Shown piece by piece: positions 46,464 through 56,421 of a stretch of 64,000 bases of DNA. Positions within the stretch are counted from its first letter, which is position 1. Every line of letters begins with the position of its first letter. The stretch covers positions 124,001 to 188,000 of IMG/VR virus record IMGVR_UViG_3300027770_000025; one strand, given 5' to 3'. The notes below the pieces were generated by a model. The model searched no databases. It had not been told where the DNA came from and was given only the letters and a program-made list of their open reading frames with translations. The translations under genes and the position numbers were made by a program.

Positions 46464-46504
46464 ACAAAAAAAGCCTAGTAATTTATTTTACTAGGCTTTT
46501 TTGT
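46464..46504. terminator. Bidirectional terminator
   Basis: A7-GCCTAGTAA/TTACTAGGC-T6 between convergent genes. Confidence 0.85.
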
Positions 46505-46519
46505 GGATTGTTAAGTCTA

Positions 46520-46804
46520 TTATACTAATAAAAATTCGTTAATCATTTTGGCGATTTTTTCTTTGGAGTGATTGCCAGATACCTTTGAAGCTTCCTCTCC
46601 GTCTTTTAAAAAAATAAGTGTCGGAATTCCTCTAATGTTATACTTTTGTGTGAGTTCAGGCTCGTTGTCAACGTTCACCTTTTTAATCTCAACATTAGAA
46701 CCCTCCACATTATATTCAGCCATTAGTGACTCGATTGCTGGCCCCATTGATTTGCAGGGCTCGCACCATTCAGCGTAAAAATCTAATACTTTTACCTTTG
46801 CCAT
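46520..46804 (-). CDS. trxA: Thioredoxin
   Basis: DFYAEWCEPCK, IRGIPTL. Confidence 0.92.
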   Translation of the reverse strand: MAKVKVLDFYAEWCEPCKSMGPAIESLMAEYNVEGSNVEIKKVNVDNEPELTQKYNIRGIPTLIFLKDGEEASKVSGNHSKEKIAKMINEFLLV

Positions 46805-46811
46805 TTTTTAT

Positions 46812-48242
46812 TTATCGTTTATATTTCCTTGCTAATTCCTGTGCATGATTCAAGTCCCTAACACCAAATTTCTGGGATTGCTGCAAATACCCATCAGCAA
46901 ATGATCTAGGCTTATTTAAAGCCATTGAATTCCATCCATTATAATTTGTACTGTATTTCCAAATCTGGTCTGTAGTTGCTATAGATCCATTAGGTCTTTC
47001 CGTGTATAAATAACCACCTACATTACCTCCTGTTCGATCTGCTCCATGAGCGCAGTGTACTAATGTGTTACCACTTTTAATAATTTCATTTACCTTGTCC
47101 TGATCTCTAGTAGATGAAAGCTTATAGAATTTACATCCTAGCTGTTTACATAATGCTTCCTCTTCTGCGATTGAAACAGATTGATCTTTTCTTTGATGTC
47201 TTCCATCCTTTCCATCCCCGTTAAATCGTATAACATTCTTTATTCCGTATTTAGGGTACATCTGTTTCATTACCTCGAGAGGAAATTGTGCACTTCTGTA
47301 ATTTGTTCCCTTTCCGTCAGGAATCAAATGAAAATTATACTCTCTAGAAATAGCTGCATCATCCTGTTCTGGATTAGTCCCCACCACAGCAGGAGTAAAT
47401 ATTATATTGTTATTAGGTATCGGAGATTGGTTATTAACTATCTGAGATGTATTATTGGCATCTGCGCCAGATTTCTTAGGAGCATTCTTAGACCTCATGT
47501 TTGGGTTTTCGCTATCCAATGTGTCAATGGAAATCTGATAAGCTGGATTAAAATCTGCTCCAGTTAGCTCATACCATCTTGATTGACTATCTTTTTTAGC
47601 TAACCAATGATCGCCTTCTACCTTATATTTATAAGGATCCTTCGGTCTAGAAATAATTTGACTCGCTGTAGAGTTTCCTTTACTTAGATCTGTTGGTGGA
47701 ATGTATCCAGATTGGTTTGTTACCAACCCGTCAATTTCCTTTGCTATAGTATCATATACAGGTAGATTAACATGGGGGTTTGTTACTTTCCCGATTGGTG
47801 GTTCAATAACGGTAACGCCTTCACCTTTAAATCTGTCATAGTATTGCTTAACCTTATCAGTGGTTACTGATACATTTCCGCCCCAACCCCATGATCCCTG
47901 AACAACAGACAATTTTGCCTGCGGAAAAACTCTTCTTAATTCAGAAACTAGACCTTTGATGTCGTCATTGGGGCTAAATCCCCCATTCGTTCCGATGTTT
48001 ATTACAACATCTTTAACTTTAGTGTCAACTGGATGCTTAGAAACAGCCCCATTCAGCCATTTAACGCCCATTCCACTTTTCCATAAGTTTTCTTCCGATC
48101 CAGTAGTTCCTAACATTGTAAGGGTCTTGGATCTCCTGAATATGTTTGGAGTACAAGAATCACCTATTACGATGCTTGTCCCATCACTTTTAGACTCGTT
48201 TAAACTTATAAAAGATTTAAAATCATGTATTCTATTTTTCAT
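46812..48242 (-). CDS. Multidomain probable virion protein: SGNH-like + linker module + Cys-based (CX5R) phosphatase
   Basis: MKNRIHDFKSFISLNE; IGDS and IGTNG blocks; VHCAHGADRTG; GATATATA 4 nt upstream. Confidence 0.75.
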   Translation of the reverse strand: MKNRIHDFKSFISLNESKSDGTSIVIGDSCTPNIFRRSKTLTMLGTTGSEENLWKSGMGVKWLNGAVSKHPVDTKVKDVVINIGTNGGFSPNDDIKGLVSELRRVFPQAKLSVVQGSWGWGGNVSVTTDKVKQYYDRFKGEGVTVIEPPIGKVTNPHVNLPVYDTIAKEIDGLVTNQSGYIPPTDLSKGNSTASQIISRPKDPYKYKVEGDHWLAKKDSQSRWYELTGADFNPAYQISIDTLDSENPNMRSKNAPKKSGADANNTSQIVNNQSPIPNNNIIFTPAVVGTNPEQDDAAISREYNFHLIPDGKGTNYRSAQFPLEVMKQMYPKYGIKNVIRFNGDGKDGRHQRKDQSVSIAEEEALCKQLGCKFYKLSSTRDQDKVNEIIKSGNTLVHCAHGADRTGGNVGGYLYTERPNGSIATTDQIWKYSTNYNGWNSMALNKPRSFADGYLQQSQKFGVRDLNHAQELARKYKR

Positions 48243-48273
48243 GAATTATATATCCCATTTTATAATACATTTA

Positions 48274-48840
48274 TCAGATTAGGTATTCTAAAAGCTTATT
48301 TTTTATTCCCGATTGTTTAATTCCTTCATTTGACCTGGGGGTGAGCACAAAGTTTTTTAACCCGTGTCCCTGGTTATATTCAGGTGACATGTTTAAATCA
48401 TCTATAGCAACCCAATGGGTAATCTCTGGATGTAGTTCAAGATATTTTTGTATTTCTAATATCCTCTCTTTTTCTTTCCAGCCTTTCCAATGATAAAGAC
48501 CAGCAGCTCCCTCATCGAAGTCGTAGAGATCGGGAGTTGTTGCTATAGGTTTCTTTATAATACCTTGGGATTCGTAATACTCTCCAAGTCCTTCTAGATC
48601 AGCATGCAGCTTCCAGTCAGACGAGACCACTATTTCTGCCCCCGTTTCTTGCAGCACCTCATTTAATATCAATACTGCTTTTTTATCAAAGTCATCGAAT
48701 CTCACAGTAACTGGAGCATCTTTTAACTCCCTGCTAGATTCTGGATTTTCTCTCCGATATCTAGACCATTTTTTGCTTCGCCCACCCCAATTACTCGAGA
48801 GACAAATTACTCCGTCATTATCCAAGAACAAGATTTTCAT
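48274..48840 (-). CDS. HAD-domain protein, Swiss-Army-Knife RNA-repair-like
   Basis: LFLDNDGVI, IVVSSDWK, WVAIDDL. Confidence 0.82.
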   Translation of the reverse strand: MKILFLDNDGVICLSSNWGGRSKKWSRYRRENPESSRELKDAPVTVRFDDFDKKAVLILNEVLQETGAEIVVSSDWKLHADLEGLGEYYESQGIIKKPIATTPDLYDFDEGAAGLYHWKGWKEKERILEIQKYLELHPEITHWVAIDDLNMSPEYNQGHGLKNFVLTPRSNEGIKQSGIKNKLLEYLI

Positions 48841-48844
48841 TTTA

Positions 48845-49051
48845 TTATTTGTTTACAGTAAACATATCAGCGTAAACAGCTATTCTTTCATCAGCTATCC
48901 CCAAAGAAAATTCTAGCTGCTTTTCCTTTTTTCCTTTGGGGTATTTCTTTCTCATTAGTTCATAGAGTGCAGTTCTTCTTTCGGAAGGTTCTCTCAGAAA
49001 TACCTGTTCTTCGTTTTCTTTTTGTTTATTTGTCATTGTTAAAATTTTCAA
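48845..49051 (-). CDS. Small hypothetical protein
   Basis: Packed ORF. Confidence 0.5.
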   Translation of the reverse strand: MKILTMTNKQKENEEQVFLREPSERRTALYELMRKKYPKGKKEKQLEFSLGIADERIAVYADMFTVNK

Positions 49052-49370
49052 TCTTTGCTAAATCTGATTTAAGTCTTTCTATAAAAGTGTCTTCCCCGTC
49101 GTCACCGCTAAGCAACCAATCTACTCTCTGAGCATAAATCTCAGCTACCCTAAGATGCTTAACCGCATTCTTAAATTCTGCCAAGACTTCTTCTGTATAT
49201 TTGTGGTGATTCAGATCCTCCGGATACTTCTCGTACCAACTGGGATCCCTCCAACTATCCTTAATCTCCTCTTGAGTTTTTGGACGTCCGCTGCTTTCTA
49301 TCTCATGCTCTATCTGATCAGCTATGTAGCCGATCTTGTACTGATTATATTCAAATGCTCCGCCGCTCAT
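49026..49370 (-). CDS. Hypothetical phage protein
   Basis: MSGGAFEY start; DWLLSGDDGE. Confidence 0.7.
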   Translation of the reverse strand: MSGGAFEYNQYKIGYIADQIEHEIESSGRPKTQEEIKDSWRDPSWYEKYPEDLNHHKYTEEVLAEFKNAVKHLRVAEIYAQRVDWLLSGDDGEDTFIERLKSDLAKIENFNNDK

Positions 49371-49371
49371 A

Positions 49372-49749
49372 TTATTTAGATTTATAGTTTTCTTCTAGAT
49401 ATTCCCAGGTCGATTTAACAGAATAAAAAATAGGCTTTCCGTTTTCGTCCGTTGCACCGTATTTCTTTTTCTTTGATTTTTTTACCTTGACCATCTTACC
49501 GTCAATGGTTTCATACGTGTCTAGGTTTCCCTTATTCCAATCTTTCTCACCATACTCAGCTTCGTAACAGAACCAGCTGAACCAGTCAGCTCCTTCCTCT
49601 CCATATACCTCTTTAATTAGTATATTTATTATGTGATGTAGCCCGTCCGCAAAATCGTAAACGTCTATGCCAACCTTATGTGCTTTCTGCACTGAAGAAT
49701 CATACTCTTTTAGGCGATCTATGATTTCAGAAAATTCTTTATATTCCAT
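49372..49749 (-). CDS. Hypothetical protein
   Basis: ORF under an early promoter. Confidence 0.7.
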   Translation of the reverse strand: MEYKEFSEIIDRLKEYDSSVQKAHKVGIDVYDFADGLHHIINILIKEVYGEEGADWFSWFCYEAEYGEKDWNKGNLDTYETIDGKMVKVKKSKKKKYGATDENGKPIFYSVKSTWEYLEENYKSK

Positions 49750-49781
49750 GGTATTTATAGAAATCAGTTCATATTTTGTTC

Positions 49782-49812
49782 CAAATATAATGATTCTTTG
49801 CGGGGATAAAAA
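49782..49812 (-). promoter_or_regulatory. Early promoter copy
   Basis: TTTTTATCCCCG-N11-TATATTTG. Confidence 0.75.
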
Positions 49813-49832
49813 TATTTAATGGTATATAGATT

Positions 49833-50048
49833 ATGAAACCTAGCAAAGAATATTTAGATCATATAGCTAAAAGACTCGAAGCAATGAATCCCAATATAGT
49901 TAACGGGGTTAACATTATACAGGAGCCATATAAAATGCCAAGCTTCGAGGACCAATTAGGTCAAACAGCAATGGCTTATTTAGCAAACAAAAAAAATCAG
50001 GAACACGCAGCTCCTGATCCTCTTTTTCCTGATAGAAACTCCTACTGA
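49833..50048 (+). CDS. Small hypothetical protein
   Basis: ORF with a variant late motif (GTATATAG) just upstream. Confidence 0.55.
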   Translation: MKPSKEYLDHIAKRLEAMNPNIVNGVNIIQEPYKMPSFEDQLGQTAMAYLANKKNQEHAAPDPLFPDRNSY

Positions 50049-51730
50049 TTCGGTTTCCTGGTAATCACATAATTCCCTATACAAAGTGCATGCAGATTTC
50101 TTCCCCAGAATGTTCTGATCGCATGATAGGGCGATTCAACTATAGGCTCGTCAGGTCCATTAAAACTAGTATTGAGAACAAGGGGTATACCACTTATTGA
50201 TTCGAATTCGGAAATCAATTTATGATAATATAGGTTGGATTCTTTAGTTACTGATTGATATCTTGAAGTTCCGTCTATATGAACCACTGATGGTATTTTA
50301 GATTTCCACTCTTCTCTAACCCTCGCGGTCACCATCATATAAGGGGAATAAACATCAAGATCAAAAACATCCTTTTGTTTTTCGAAAAGAACCGAGGGAG
50401 CAAATGGTCTGTACCATTCCCTTAATTTAATGTCATGATTAATATGGTCTTTCATCCATGAGCATTTAGGTGAAGCTATTATCGACCGGTTACCTAAAGC
50501 TCTTGGACCAATTTCAGATCCTCCTTGGAATAGACCAATAACTTTATTTTGATTAATTAACGAAGCTACATTTTTAATTTGTTCGGATTTATCCCGATAT
50601 AGCTCAATATTAACCAGGTCACCAAATTCAAACTCTGATGAAGCTTTATCTATGTCATCTTTTATCTGGAGATCCGAATACGATCTCCCCATGTATGGAT
50701 TAAGGTACTTTCCTTTATGTGCTCCCCCGCTTTTAACGTAACCCCACCAAGCACAACCTAATGGTATACCGCTATCATCTGAACACGGAACGAAATACTG
50801 ATCTTTATATAAACCAGATTTTATGATCATCTCGTTCGTGTTGCAGTTTAGAAAAGATCCTCCGGCAACGCAAACATTCTCGGATCCAGTTAATCTTTTA
50901 GCCATTTCAACCAGATGAATTGAATTCTGTTCCTGATCCCTTTGATATAATCCAGCAACATTTGCTTTGGAATAGAAGTCAGATTTGTAATCAACCTCTG
51001 GCATTATCTTAACCGAAGGTATAAAGATGTCATACTCTCTTAAAGTTGTATGTGAAGGGATTTGGTTAACCCACTCCTGATCTGCATATGAAGCTAGTCC
51101 CATAAGTTTCCCCGCTGGCCATGAATGTGTTTTTGTATCATATACAAGTTGGAGAGATCCCTTCGTGTATTGTTCGCCTATTGATGTTTCCGAATTTTCG
51201 TCTATAAGCATTGGATACTTTATCAACTTCTTGTAAACCTCTCGATCTTCTTCCTGAGAGAACTTATAAATAGTTATACCTTCTGCATATTCATAATCCT
51301 CTGTACCTGGCCATTCCTGATTAAACCACTTTAGAGCATTGCTATTCCTTTTCAAAACGCTACCCATAGCATCAGCAACAACAACCGCAGCTTCAGAAAA
51401 GCCAGAGCTATAAAAGGTTGAATACGCATGGGCCAAGTGATGAGGAATGAAATGAAGTCTGCTTTTACCGATTCCAAAGGTCTTCTCGAAAGAATCAGCT
51501 ACAACATCATCATCCTCTACCGTATCAAATGTCCATCTGTCAACGTCTGAATACTCAAAACCGAGATATTTCAGGCAGTAATCTATAGATTCCACGGGTA
51601 AACCAGTGCTATATGCGCCATCATGTTTCACTCTAGTGATCCTTTCCTGTGATATACCCACTTTAACCTCTCCGTCTACTATGATTACACAGCCTTTATC
51701 GTGTCCTACTGAAAATCCTAAGCTTACCAT
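50042..51730 (-). CDS. Carbamoyltransferase, NodU/CmcH family
   Basis: HD..ERITRVKH, HHLAHA, AGKLMGLASY, AGGSFLNC, DDSG, EIGPRALGNRS, REWYRPFAP, VHIDGTSRYQ, LNTSFN. Confidence 0.92.
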   Translation of the reverse strand: MVSLGFSVGHDKGCVIIVDGEVKVGISQERITRVKHDGAYSTGLPVESIDYCLKYLGFEYSDVDRWTFDTVEDDDVVADSFEKTFGIGKSRLHFIPHHLAHAYSTFYSSGFSEAAVVVADAMGSVLKRNSNALKWFNQEWPGTEDYEYAEGITIYKFSQEEDREVYKKLIKYPMLIDENSETSIGEQYTKGSLQLVYDTKTHSWPAGKLMGLASYADQEWVNQIPSHTTLREYDIFIPSVKIMPEVDYKSDFYSKANVAGLYQRDQEQNSIHLVEMAKRLTGSENVCVAGGSFLNCNTNEMIIKSGLYKDQYFVPCSDDSGIPLGCAWWGYVKSGGAHKGKYLNPYMGRSYSDLQIKDDIDKASSEFEFGDLVNIELYRDKSEQIKNVASLINQNKVIGLFQGGSEIGPRALGNRSIIASPKCSWMKDHINHDIKLREWYRPFAPSVLFEKQKDVFDLDVYSPYMMVTARVREEWKSKIPSVVHIDGTSRYQSVTKESNLYYHKLISEFESISGIPLVLNTSFNGPDEPIVESPYHAIRTFWGRNLHALCIGNYVITRKPNQ

Positions 51731-51785
51731 TGTATTTAATTTTGAATGCGTCTAGCGGCTCCTAACGAGCTCTTAGAGATGTTCA

Positions 51786-52163
51786 TTAGTTGGAATAATG
51801 TTTGTATGATTTTTCCTCCACAAAAAGCGAACCGTATTTTATGTTGATTTCTTTTTTGATTTCTGCTCTTTTATCGTTTGTGTAATAAACAGACCTAGCA
51901 AGCTCTATGAAATCCTGATCAAATTCATTAACTTTCTCCTTATCTCTAAGATCATCTTCAATAACCCATAAAGATCTATTAACCTCTAATAATCTGGAGT
52001 AGTCATCATAGCTGATATCCAATTGCGAGAATACAATTTCATATAGGTAAACATATTCCTTGTTGACGTTTTCTAATTTAACCTCGTCTGTTATGTTGTC
52101 TTTTTTAATGTGTAGGATTGACAGCTTATCTACTATCTCACCTATCGATACTTCTATTTTCAT
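51786..52163 (-). CDS. DUF6165-like protein
   Basis: SIGEIVDKLSIL..LWVIED..ARSVYYTNDKRAEIKKEIN..EEKSY. Confidence 0.75.
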   Translation of the reverse strand: MKIEVSIGEIVDKLSILHIKKDNITDEVKLENVNKEYVYLYEIVFSQLDISYDDYSRLLEVNRSLWVIEDDLRDKEKVNEFDQDFIELARSVYYTNDKRAEIKKEINIKYGSLFVEEKSYKHYSN

Positions 52164-52174
52164 ATTTAATTTTT

Positions 52175-52900
52175 TTATTCCCAGTATTTTTGATCCTTAT
52201 AGAAGTGCTTCTTATTATCCCTATTAAACCAATTTTTCATGGCCATTTTAAGCATGTTAAGATATCCGAACTTCTTAAATCTTCTATTATCCTGGGTTAT
52301 TAAATTAGGAATAAGTTTAAAGTACTTGGATTTTATTTGTCTACTCAGTAACCAATCTTCCGATTGATGAACCATTTCATCAAATCCGCCTAAATCCGTG
52401 AATTTTTTCCTTGATATCAACATAAATGCTCCAATTGCAAATGGATCTGTTATTGACATTATTCTAGCTGTGAATCTGTTAAAAATGAATATCAGACTAG
52501 CCGCTATATCGGGCTCTCCCATGTATTCAGGGGTTGTTCCAATAAGCTCGAGATTTGTATTTTCTTTAAGTGCCTCGAATGACATTTCTATCGCTAATAA
52601 ATCAGTAAATGTTATATCAGCATCGAGAAATAATATAAAAGGAGTTTTAACTAAAGCAGCTCCTCTATTTCTGCCAACAGAAACTGTTCCTCCTTCTATA
52701 ACCTCTATCTTTAGGTTGTTTTCTTCCGATTTTATGAATTCTTCTATTTTTTGAAGCGTAGAATCTGTGGATCCTCCATCGGCAATAATAATTCTCGTTC
52801 CCCTTATACCTGATTGGATAGATATCTCATTAAGAGTTCTTTTAATGTAGTTTTCCTCGTTTTTACAAGGAATAACGATGCTCAAATAATCCTTTATCAT
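52175..52900 (-). CDS. Glycosyltransferase family 2
   Basis: SIVIPCKNEE, ADGGSTD, GRNRGA, FLDAD, SED. Confidence 0.92.
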   Translation of the reverse strand: MIKDYLSIVIPCKNEENYIKRTLNEISIQSGIRGTRIIIADGGSTDSTLQKIEEFIKSEENNLKIEVIEGGTVSVGRNRGAALVKTPFILFLDADITFTDLLAIEMSFEALKENTNLELIGTTPEYMGEPDIAASLIFIFNRFTARIMSITDPFAIGAFMLISRKKFTDLGGFDEMVHQSEDWLLSRQIKSKYFKLIPNLITQDNRRFKKFGYLNMLKMAMKNWFNRDNKKHFYKDQKYWE

Positions 52901-53564
52901 AAACTATATAGCTATTATTTTCTATCCAGTCACCACAATTAAGATAGTGGATTCCGTCAATGTGGGTATCAGCCACTGTGTGTATGTGTCCGCATATAAC
53001 CCCGGTGCATCCTCTTTTCTTAGCCTGAAAGGCTAATTGTTTTTCAAAGGAGGTTATAAATTTAACCGCTCCTTTAACTTTGTTTTTTAAATACTTACTT
53101 AGTGATCTCTTGTACCCGAGACTCTTTAAAAATCTATCCAGAGATATTGCTATCTCATACCCAATAGAGCCTAACATACCAAGCCACTTTAACTTAACAA
53201 CTCCATCATAAAGATCTCCATGTGTTATATAGTATTCTTTAAATCTTGCTTCGTCGACAACATTTATATTATCCCCAAGAGATAATGGAACGTAATGTCT
53301 TAGAAATTCGTCATGATTTCCTGTTACGTAAGTTACATTAGTTCCGTTTTTGCTGTATGATAATATTTTTCTGATTAAATTGGTGTTCTCTTGTGTCCAA
53401 TAGTGTCTCTTCTTAAGAAGCCAGCCATCAATAAAATCACCAACTATAAAGAGTTCCTCGGGATCGTACATTTTTAGGGTTTCCAAAAGTTTTCCTGAAT
53501 TAGATCCCCTGCTACCCAAGTGGACATCTGATATAAATAGGGCTTCTATTTTTTTCGCTTTCAT
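52863..53564 (-). CDS. LpxH-like metallophosphoesterase (UDP-2,3-diacylglucosamine diphosphatase family)
   Basis: ISDVHLG, VGDFIDGW, TGNHDE, HGDLYD, CGHIH, NCGDW. Confidence 0.88.
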   Translation of the reverse strand: MKAKKIEALFISDVHLGSRGSNSGKLLETLKMYDPEELFIVGDFIDGWLLKKRHYWTQENTNLIRKILSYSKNGTNVTYVTGNHDEFLRHYVPLSLGDNINVVDEARFKEYYITHGDLYDGVVKLKWLGMLGSIGYEIAISLDRFLKSLGYKRSLSKYLKNKVKGAVKFITSFEKQLAFQAKKRGCTGVICGHIHTVADTHIDGIHYLNCGDWIENNSYIVYDKGLFEHRYSL

Positions 53565-53971
53565 TATTTTCTTTTATCTATATATGGATCTTTGAAAACT
53601 AACGAATCCATATTTTCTTCTTCCATTTGATACCACGTATTCATCCAACAGAATTCTCTAGATCCTATTTTAATTTTTTTATCACTTCCTATCACAACTC
53701 CATTTTCTAGGGTTACGATATATTTAGTGGTAATCCAATTTTTATCTTTCGATGTATTTATTTCGCATGAAATAACAGGTACCGGCATCCATTCATTTCC
53801 TGTTTTGAAATCTATAGAGGAAGTATCTATCTCTTCTATCTCATCTGAAGATTCTATATCAGGTGTTTCTGCAATTTTTGTAATTTCTTTAGATGAATTA
53901 CTATTTATAAAAATATTAAGAGCTATTCCAAGAATGATTAGAATTGTTATTAATGCTATATTATTTCTCAT
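53564..53971 (-). CDS. Membrane-anchored hypothetical protein
   Basis: N-terminal hydrophobic helix. Confidence 0.65.
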   Translation of the reverse strand: MRNNIALITILIILGIALNIFINSNSSKEITKIAETPDIESSDEIEEIDTSSIDFKTGNEWMPVPVISCEINTSKDKNWITTKYIVTLENGVVIGSDKKIKIGSREFCWMNTWYQMEEENMDSLVFKDPYIDKRK

Positions 53972-54332
53972 TTTTACTTTTTAAATGGTTGTCATAGTAC
54001 TCAGATAAAGACTTGGATAGCTCAATTCCACCATCATAGAAAAACTTAACTGCATATGATTCTATCTTTGGATTATCCTCGTTTTCGAACCTTCCGTCCA
54101 TCTCATAGAGAACATAGAGATCCTCACTTAATATAAATGCTAGATCGGCTATGAAAGTTTGCTTTAGAGTTACGTCTAAATCCCCCCACCAGATCTTTTC
54201 ATCCTTAGTACAGATGTTTGCATTGAAGATTGATAAATTTTCAGGATGTTTTTCCCTGTATCCGCTTTTTGAATGGGAGATAATAGTTCCTAGTGGTCCT
54301 ATTATCGATTGTGCTTTTTGTTCTTTATTCAT
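53961..54332 (-). CDS. Hypothetical protein
   Basis: Packed ORF. Confidence 0.65.
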   Translation of the reverse strand: MNKEQKAQSIIGPLGTIISHSKSGYREKHPENLSIFNANICTKDEKIWWGDLDVTLKQTFIADLAFILSEDLYVLYEMDGRFENEDNPKIESYAVKFFYDGGIELSKSLSEYYDNHLKSKNEK

Positions 54333-54730
54333 TTTTTTAAGCTTTGAGCTATTAAAGTTTTATATTTTGTTGTTGACCAACCATGATCTCTATTGAGATA
54401 GTGTATAGGTATTTCTAGATCATCCCCGGTAAAAGATTTCCCTGTGTAATCATCTCCTAGAAATCTAACCCCAGGATTCATATCTTTTAGAATTTCGTAA
54501 AGATCTGATTCTGTCTTATAAGTAATTACATTATCAATTTGTTTAAGTGATAGGAGTATGTCCGTTCTCTCACCCGAGGATAAAACAGGTTTGCACTTTT
54601 CTGGTCTTTCTATTGTGGGATCTTCATGTAGTAAAACTACAAATTCTTTGCAGTTGGCTTTGCACTCATCAAACATATAGATGTATCCAGGATGGATCAC
54701 GTCAAAATTACCAGCTATTACTCCGAGCAT
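54329..54730 (-). CDS. Cytidylyltransferase-like protein (TagD/RfaE type)
   Basis: GNFDVIHPGY, RFLGDDY, HGWSTT. Confidence 0.88.
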   Translation of the reverse strand: MLGVIAGNFDVIHPGYIYMFDECKANCKEFVVLLHEDPTIERPEKCKPVLSSGERTDILLSLKQIDNVITYKTESDLYEILKDMNPGVRFLGDDYTGKSFTGDDLEIPIHYLNRDHGWSTTKYKTLIAQSLKK

Positions 54731-54731
54731 A

Positions 54732-55163
54732 TTATTTGATTTTTATTGATTCAATAAATTCTTTGTTCGACTCAACCATTCGACCAACCGAGTTTCTGCC
54801 CTTCTCCCCGATAGGAATTGGGTTTCCCTCTTCGTCTATATGAACAAACTTAATGTGTGTTTTAAGAACCACCGACTGTCTGCCTGTGTAAACATTATGT
54901 GCTCTTGCCTCGATGTATAAAGTTATTGATGTGTGACCTATGTCGGTCGATATCCCATATATTTTAATTAATTGACCCTCTTTTGCGGGTTTTTCGAAAT
55001 AACACTTATCGATGAGTATCGTGACCATTCTCGGGGTATCACATAACTGCATAGAATATCCCGCCGCAGCTGCATCGATCCATGCTAATAATTGACCACC
55101 AAAAAGATTACCATGAAATCCAAGATCTGACTTTTTAATCGGGTGGGTGTTTAATAATTCCAT
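54732..55163 (-). CDS. Hotdog-fold acyl-CoA thioesterase (YciA-like)
   Basis: HGNLFGGQLLAWID, MVT, FVHIDEEGNP. Confidence 0.88.
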   Translation of the reverse strand: MELLNTHPIKKSDLGFHGNLFGGQLLAWIDAAAAGYSMQLCDTPRMVTILIDKCYFEKPAKEGQLIKIYGISTDIGHTSITLYIEARAHNVYTGRQSVVLKTHIKFVHIDEEGNPIPIGEKGRNSVGRMVESNKEFIESIKIK

Positions 55164-55176
55164 TCTTTATATCAAT

Positions 55177-56064
55177 CTAAACTTTTTGTGAAACCGAAAC
55201 TGATCTGATAACCATTGCACTTTCATCGGGTAAAACATTAGGCTGATTCTCGGTCCTTCCATGATTTAGTATTATTATCATCTGGTCTCTTTCTCCATTA
55301 TACCACTTTAATATTTTTTGGTCGGTTGTTTCGAAAACTAAAGCACCATCGTAATAGATTCTTATGAAATCTTTCTCCCAGTGGCAAACATACTGTACAA
55401 GCCTATTGGTACAATCAGCAACTGCCACGTCATAAGATCCGTACATTTCTTTTGTGCCATCCTCGACAACACCATAATGAAGGTTTGGCTGTATTCTACT
55501 AGTCTTACCTAAAGTGTGTTTTTTAGCGTAGTCTGGACTTTGATCGCTGTAAGCCTCAAATATGTCAATTTCTGGTGGCCAACTATTAAGCCCGCTTAAC
55601 CAAAAAGCTGGCCAATATGATTGTCCATATGGTAATTGAACCCATGACTCAAACCAGCCATACTGCCATCCGATTTTTGATGTGGCATAACCAACGCCAG
55701 TAGGTATGGTAAATTCATCGGGAAGCTGTGCGGTTTGTCTCCAATCAGGTAACTCTGATTTAATATATGTCTTTGGCGTATTTCTCAGCTCGAGAATTAA
55801 TCCTTCTGGTGAAACATACGATAGTGTACCATCAGTGTCATAATATTGATATAAGGCATTAGGGTGAAAATCACCCCAGGAAGGTCCATATCCCCAATTT
55901 TCTTGGTTTAGCGGCGATTCGAATTTATCTACGAAAACGGGGGAATATCCGTCAGGCAAAGAAACCGATCTTGTCCCGCCCTTATAATATCTTGCTCTTA
56001 TCCTTGATCTTATCTTACGAATGCAATTAAGCAATGTATCTTTTAGATTATGTTTTATATTCAT
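55177..56064 (-). CDS. Glycoside hydrolase family 16
   Basis: YGWFE, WPAFWL, EIDIFE catalytic motif, WEKDFIRIYYDG. Confidence 0.88.
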   Translation of the reverse strand: MNIKHNLKDTLLNCIRKIRSRIRARYYKGGTRSVSLPDGYSPVFVDKFESPLNQENWGYGPSWGDFHPNALYQYYDTDGTLSYVSPEGLILELRNTPKTYIKSELPDWRQTAQLPDEFTIPTGVGYATSKIGWQYGWFESWVQLPYGQSYWPAFWLSGLNSWPPEIDIFEAYSDQSPDYAKKHTLGKTSRIQPNLHYGVVEDGTKEMYGSYDVAVADCTNRLVQYVCHWEKDFIRIYYDGALVFETTDQKILKWYNGERDQMIIILNHGRTENQPNVLPDESAMVIRSVSVSQKV

Positions 56065-56285
56065 ATTTTTAATTCTTTATATTCTCTATTGTAATATTCC
56101 TCAGAAGTTCCATTACAGCCTTGATTAAATTCGCCCTTATCATAGGCATCCATTATTTTTTCCTTCTCTTCGGGTAGGCTATTCTCCATCATAGTTACAA
56201 TTCCTTTCATAGTTAAAGTTATTCCCCTAGATTCAATTTCCTTAACCGATTCTATTAGATGCTCAAGTGTTGTTTTGTTTTTCAT
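56061..56285 (-). CDS. Small hypothetical protein
   Basis: Packed ORF; EKEKIMDAY..EEYYN. Confidence 0.65.
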   Translation of the reverse strand: MKNKTTLEHLIESVKEIESRGITLTMKGIVTMMENSLPEEKEKIMDAYDKGEFNQGCNGTSEEYYNREYKELKI

Positions 56286-56419
56286 ATCGATATTGTTAGT
56301 TGATAATTAAGCCATCCTATTATAAATTCGTAGTTACCGTTTAAGAACCTTTCGTGTGTTATCTTAATGTATGGGGTAATATACATCTGGTACATTACCT
56401 CGTCTATCCGTATCTTCAT
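56282..56419 (-). CDS. 45-aa hypothetical protein
   Basis: Not in ORF track. Hand translation MKIRIDEVMYQMYITPYIKITHER... fills the gap exactly. Confidence 0.55.
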   Translation of the reverse strand: MKIRIDEVMYQMYITPYIKITHERFLNGNYEFIIGWLNYQLTISI

Positions 56420-56421
56420 GG

